Positions 28,280-31,444 of a stretch of DNA of 31,444 nt are shown here, in pieces. Source of the stretch: Propionibacteriaceae bacterium (GTDB lineage: Bacteria > Actinomycetota > Actinomycetes > Propionibacteriales > Propionibacteriaceae); NCBI GenBank assembly GCA_031262845.1, contig JAISGZ010000233.1:1-31444 (forward strand), in the 5' to 3' direction. Under the pieces are notes generated by a model. It saw only the letters and a program-made list of their open reading frames with translations. It was not told the DNA's origin and searched no databases. Each line of letters begins with the position of its first letter. Positions within the stretch are counted from its first letter, which is position 1. Position numbers and translations under genes: made by a program.

Positions 28280-29559
28280 AGCGACTCCTTGGGTAGAGCG
28301 TGGGTGAGACCGAAGGTTTGGGCCAAGTCGAGCGCTTCGGTGATCACTTCGCCGAGGCGCCGGGTGCCTTCGAGGATGTCTTCGGGCGACGGGAAACAGA
28401 AGCTCAGACGCATATTGCGGGCCCCCAAACCGTCGGCGTAAAACCCGGTGCCGGGCACGAAAGCGACCCGGTGGGTCAGCGCCTGTGGCAACATCGCTTG
28501 CGAGTCCAAACCTTCGGGCAGCGTCAACCAAACAAAGAAGCCACCACCTGGTTTGGTCCAGGTTAGGCCGGGCGGCATGTGTTCTGCCAAACCTGCCAGC
28601 AAAGCCTGTCGGCGGGCCCGGTAGAGCTGTCGGAAAGTCTTGATTTGGCCTTGCCAATCCCAATTAGCGAGGTATTCCGAGACGACGAACTGGGAGAACA
28701 CGGGCGGGCACAGGGTGGCCGCCTCTTGGGCCAAGATCAGTTTCTCTTTAACCGCCAGCGGCGCCAGCGCCCAACCGACCCGCAAGCCCGGCGAGAAGGT
28801 CTTCGAGAAACTTCCCAGGTAGATCACGCGCTCCGATTCAAAAGATCGCAACGCCGGCAGTGGGTCGTGGTCGAGGCTCAGTAGGCCGTACGGGTTGTCC
28901 TCGATGAACAACAGGTCGACTTCTTTGGCCACGGCCAACAGTTCGTGGCGCCGGGAGACGGACTGAGTGGCGCCGGTCGGGTTGGAGAAGTTCGGGATCG
29001 TGTAGCAAAACTTGACCCGTCGGCCGGCCGCCCGACACGACAAGGCGGCCTGACGCAAGGCGTCCGGGATCAAGCCATATTCGTCGATCGCGACGTGGAC
29101 GACATCGGCCTGGTAAGCCTGGAAGGTGTTGAGCGCGCCGACGTAGCTGGGGCCTTCGGCCAAGATCACGTCACCGGGTTCGATGAAGGTCCGGGTGATG
29201 AGGTCGAGCGCCTGTTGTGAGCCACAGGACAGGACCACGTCGTCCGGGTTGCCGTCGATCTGTTCGAGCGCCATGACCTGGCAGATTTGTTCACGCAACC
29301 GCTCCTCGCCCTGGGCGCCGCTGTATTGCAACACCTGGGGGCCGTGTTGCCGGACCATCTCGGCGATCATGTCGGCCAGCGGGTCGAGCGGCAAGGAGGC
29401 GATATTCGGCATCCCACCCGCCAGCGAGACCACCTCGGGCCGGTTGGCGACAGCAAAGAGCGACCGTACGGCTGAGGCTTTCAGTCCTTTCGTACGCTCG
29501 GCGTAGAGGTCGTGGTAACGATCGAGACGGGTTTCACGCCGCGGTTGGGGCAGGCTCAC
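28276..29559 (-). CDS. PLP-dependent class I/II aminotransferase
   Basis: SLAGGMP, YTIPNFSNPTG, IEDNPYG, GSFSKTFSPGLRVGW and RLSF. Confidence 0.94.
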   Translation of the reverse strand: MSLPQPRRETRLDRYHDLYAERTKGLKASAVRSLFAVANRPEVVSLAGGMPNIASLPLDPLADMIAEMVRQHGPQVLQYSGAQGEERLREQICQVMALEQIDGNPDDVVLSCGSQQALDLITRTFIEPGDVILAEGPSYVGALNTFQAYQADVVHVAIDEYGLIPDALRQAALSCRAAGRRVKFCYTIPNFSNPTGATQSVSRRHELLAVAKEVDLLFIEDNPYGLLSLDHDPLPALRSFESERVIYLGSFSKTFSPGLRVGWALAPLAVKEKLILAQEAATLCPPVFSQFVVSEYLANWDWQGQIKTFRQLYRARRQALLAGLAEHMPPGLTWTKPGGGFFVWLTLPEGLDSQAMLPQALTHRVAFVPGTGFYADGLGARNMRLSFCFPSPEDILEGTRRLGEVITEALDLAQTFGLTHALPKESL

Positions 29560-29784
29560 TCGCCCTATTCTGCCCCACCTTGGCCCATTCGGAGGTTTTG
29601 ACCACGATGGTGACGTCAATCGGCAGCCTGGCCAAAAGCCCCAACAGGCGAGGCCAAAACGGCAAATATCACTACCGGTCTGTCCCGTCCGATGCCATGA
29701 CGGGATCTGGTTTGACCGGCAGTGTCTGGTCGCAGGTCACGACGGTGTCAGACCCTTCCCCAGCCACCGTGCCATGATGGTTCT

Positions 29785-30357
29785 ATGGCACTGACAACGC
29801 CGGTCTCTCGTATTGTGACGGCAACCTGGCTGGCCAGCGCGGACTTGGATTGGCCGGCCCCGGTTGACTCGGAGGCGCTGCTCGATGCCGCCCAGGCGGC
29901 TGAGAACCGCTGGGGTCTGGCTGGGGTGTCGTTGCGCTGGCCGGACGAGTGGCTGACCGCCGTGGTCGTGCCAACACCTCAGATACCGGCCGGCCATCCG
30001 CTGCTGACACCGGCGCCTGACCGCTGGGCGGCGGGATTGATCGCCGTCTGTTCGCGTTCCGGCCACCCCAGTCACGCCGCCGGCCGTTGGCTGGTCCAAG
30101 CCTTGGGCGAACGATTGGCCGACCGTTGCCCGGTCGTTGAGGCCCACGGTGCCAGCCGCCTCGGCCGCACGATCTACACCCCGGCGGCCAGTTGGCTGAC
30201 CGCGATCGGTTTCCGGCCGCTGATCCAGCCGCCCCATCGTTATCGCTTGTCGTTCCGCCGCGCTATCCGCCAGCCCAGTCTGTTGCCAAGGCTGCGGCCC
30301 CGGTTGTCGTGGCCGCCCGAGACGGCTTCGGCCACGCGCGGTTCATCACTGGGGTGA
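29785..30357 (+). CDS. Divergent GNAT-like protein
   Basis: GRWLVQAL..RL, VEAHG and LTAIGFRP echo the GNAT gene recalled between the aminotransferase and parB in actinobacteria; synteny supports the call. Confidence 0.5.
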   Translation: MALTTPVSRIVTATWLASADLDWPAPVDSEALLDAAQAAENRWGLAGVSLRWPDEWLTAVVVPTPQIPAGHPLLTPAPDRWAAGLIAVCSRSGHPSHAAGRWLVQALGERLADRCPVVEAHGASRLGRTIYTPAASWLTAIGFRPLIQPPHRYRLSFRRAIRQPSLLPRLRPRLSWPPETASATRGSSLG

Positions 30358-30864
30358 GTCGCTCCGACGCAGTCGCGAACCAGCCTTTTTCAACGGGTCC
30401 AAGATGGTCGCCGTCATCGACCGGGTGACCGGGTCGGCGACCGGCTCGGCGACCGCTTGATCCGCTTCGGCCAGGCTCCCCGGATACACCTGTTCCCGCA
30501 TCAGGTCACGGATTTCCGTCAGCAAAGCGACGTCTGCCTCCGGTTCCGGGGCCGGCTGATTGGCCAACCGCCGGGCATTCAGCCGATTGAACGGCAAAAC
30601 GATCAGGAAGTAGAGCGCGGCCGCCGTCAACAGGAAATTCACGATCGCCGTGATGACGACACCGACCCGGATTTGTGACCCATTGAGCGTGAATGCCAGC
30701 ACCGAATCAAAGTTCGGCTGACCGAACAAGGCGGCGATGATCGGGTTGATGATGCCGTTGACCAGCGCCGTCACGATGGCGTTGAACAACCCACCGATGA
30801 TGACGCCGACAGCCAACTCGATGACATTGCCGCGCGTAATGAACTCTTTGAAGCCTTTGAACAT
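30346..30864 (-). CDS. mscL: Large-conductance mechanosensitive channel
   Basis: MFKGFKEFITRGNVIELAVGVIIG, IVNFLL and LLTEIRDL. Confidence 0.96.
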   Translation of the reverse strand: MFKGFKEFITRGNVIELAVGVIIGGLFNAIVTALVNGIINPIIAALFGQPNFDSVLAFTLNGSQIRVGVVITAIVNFLLTAAALYFLIVLPFNRLNARRLANQPAPEPEADVALLTEIRDLMREQVYPGSLAEADQAVAEPVADPVTRSMTATILDPLKKAGSRLRRSDSPQ

Positions 30865-31196
30865 GTTTCCTTCCCCGTCCATGGTCATCATGGCTAGTCT
30901 GCCGCACTGTGTGGGTCTGGCGGTTGGCCGCCTGACGACGAGTCATTGGCCTTGGTGTGTCATCAGAATGCGGCTTGATCGATGTTATCGGCTGAGGTTC
31001 TAGCGCTGAGTGTTGGTGTCTGGATTGTTCTGTACGCTCGTAGCGGCAAAGCAAGAATCTACTATGACCAGGTATTTTATAGTTATTTTGGGTCTTTTGG
31101 GCTACCGATAATATAGTAATAAGAATCTTTATCGACAAGACGCTAAAGCTATCTAGCTACTTTAGCCGGCTGAAGTCGACCCTGACCGGATGGGCT

Positions 31197-31444
31197 TTAC
31201 GAGAGGTCGGTCATCTCTTGTAAAGCCACGAGAATTCGGTCGAGATCTTCCTCACCGGCAAATTCGATCGTGATCTTGCCCTTGTGACGTCCAATATCGA
31301 CCTTGACCCGAGTATCGAGGCAGTCGGATAACAACTCGGACAATTCCATGGAGCGAGGGTTGGCTGGGCGGACTCGGGGTGACCGCCGCCGCTCCGGAGT
31401 CGTCTCGCCAAGGGCCACCAGTTCTTCCGTGCTGCGGACGGACA
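31197..31444 (-). CDS. parB: Chromosome partitioning protein, C-terminal part (5' end outside window)
   Basis: SVRSTEELV...LSDCLDTRVKV...KGKITIEF..EEDLDRI. Confidence 0.9.
   Translation of the reverse strand, partial: SVRSTEELVALGETTPERRRSPRVRPANPRSMELSELLSDCLDTRVKVDIGRHKGKITIEFAGEEDLDRILVALQEMTDLS

Overview
High-GC actinobacterial chromosome segment. Synteny suggests Propionibacteriaceae-like (inference) and a position near the origin, since the window ends in the parB 3' end. About 6.6-31.4 kb is mostly housekeeping: argF, mnmA, tpx, an aminotransferase, glpQ, rhomboid, a Tau/Ssu-type ABC transporter, hpt-tilS-dacB-ppa, sixA, ddl-like/aminotransferase/GNAT-like, mscL and parB. Bases 1-6.5 kb form an accessory defence-like islet: a HATPase_c_4/HTH protein (5' truncated), YefM-YoeB, a 4 x 23-bp repeat array, gene remnants, a two-gene operon, and an RHH-MazF pair. 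The best candidate for a new system is that operon: a small membrane protein coupled to a 982-aa NACHT NTPase whose C-terminal domain is DUF6273/C-type-lectin-like, with codons resembling a DGR variable region and an AT-rich patch suggesting mosaic origin. No reverse transcriptase, template repeat, tRNA, rRNA, IS or CRISPR was seen. All family calls are from motif recognition by eye; no searches were run, and GC values are hand counts.
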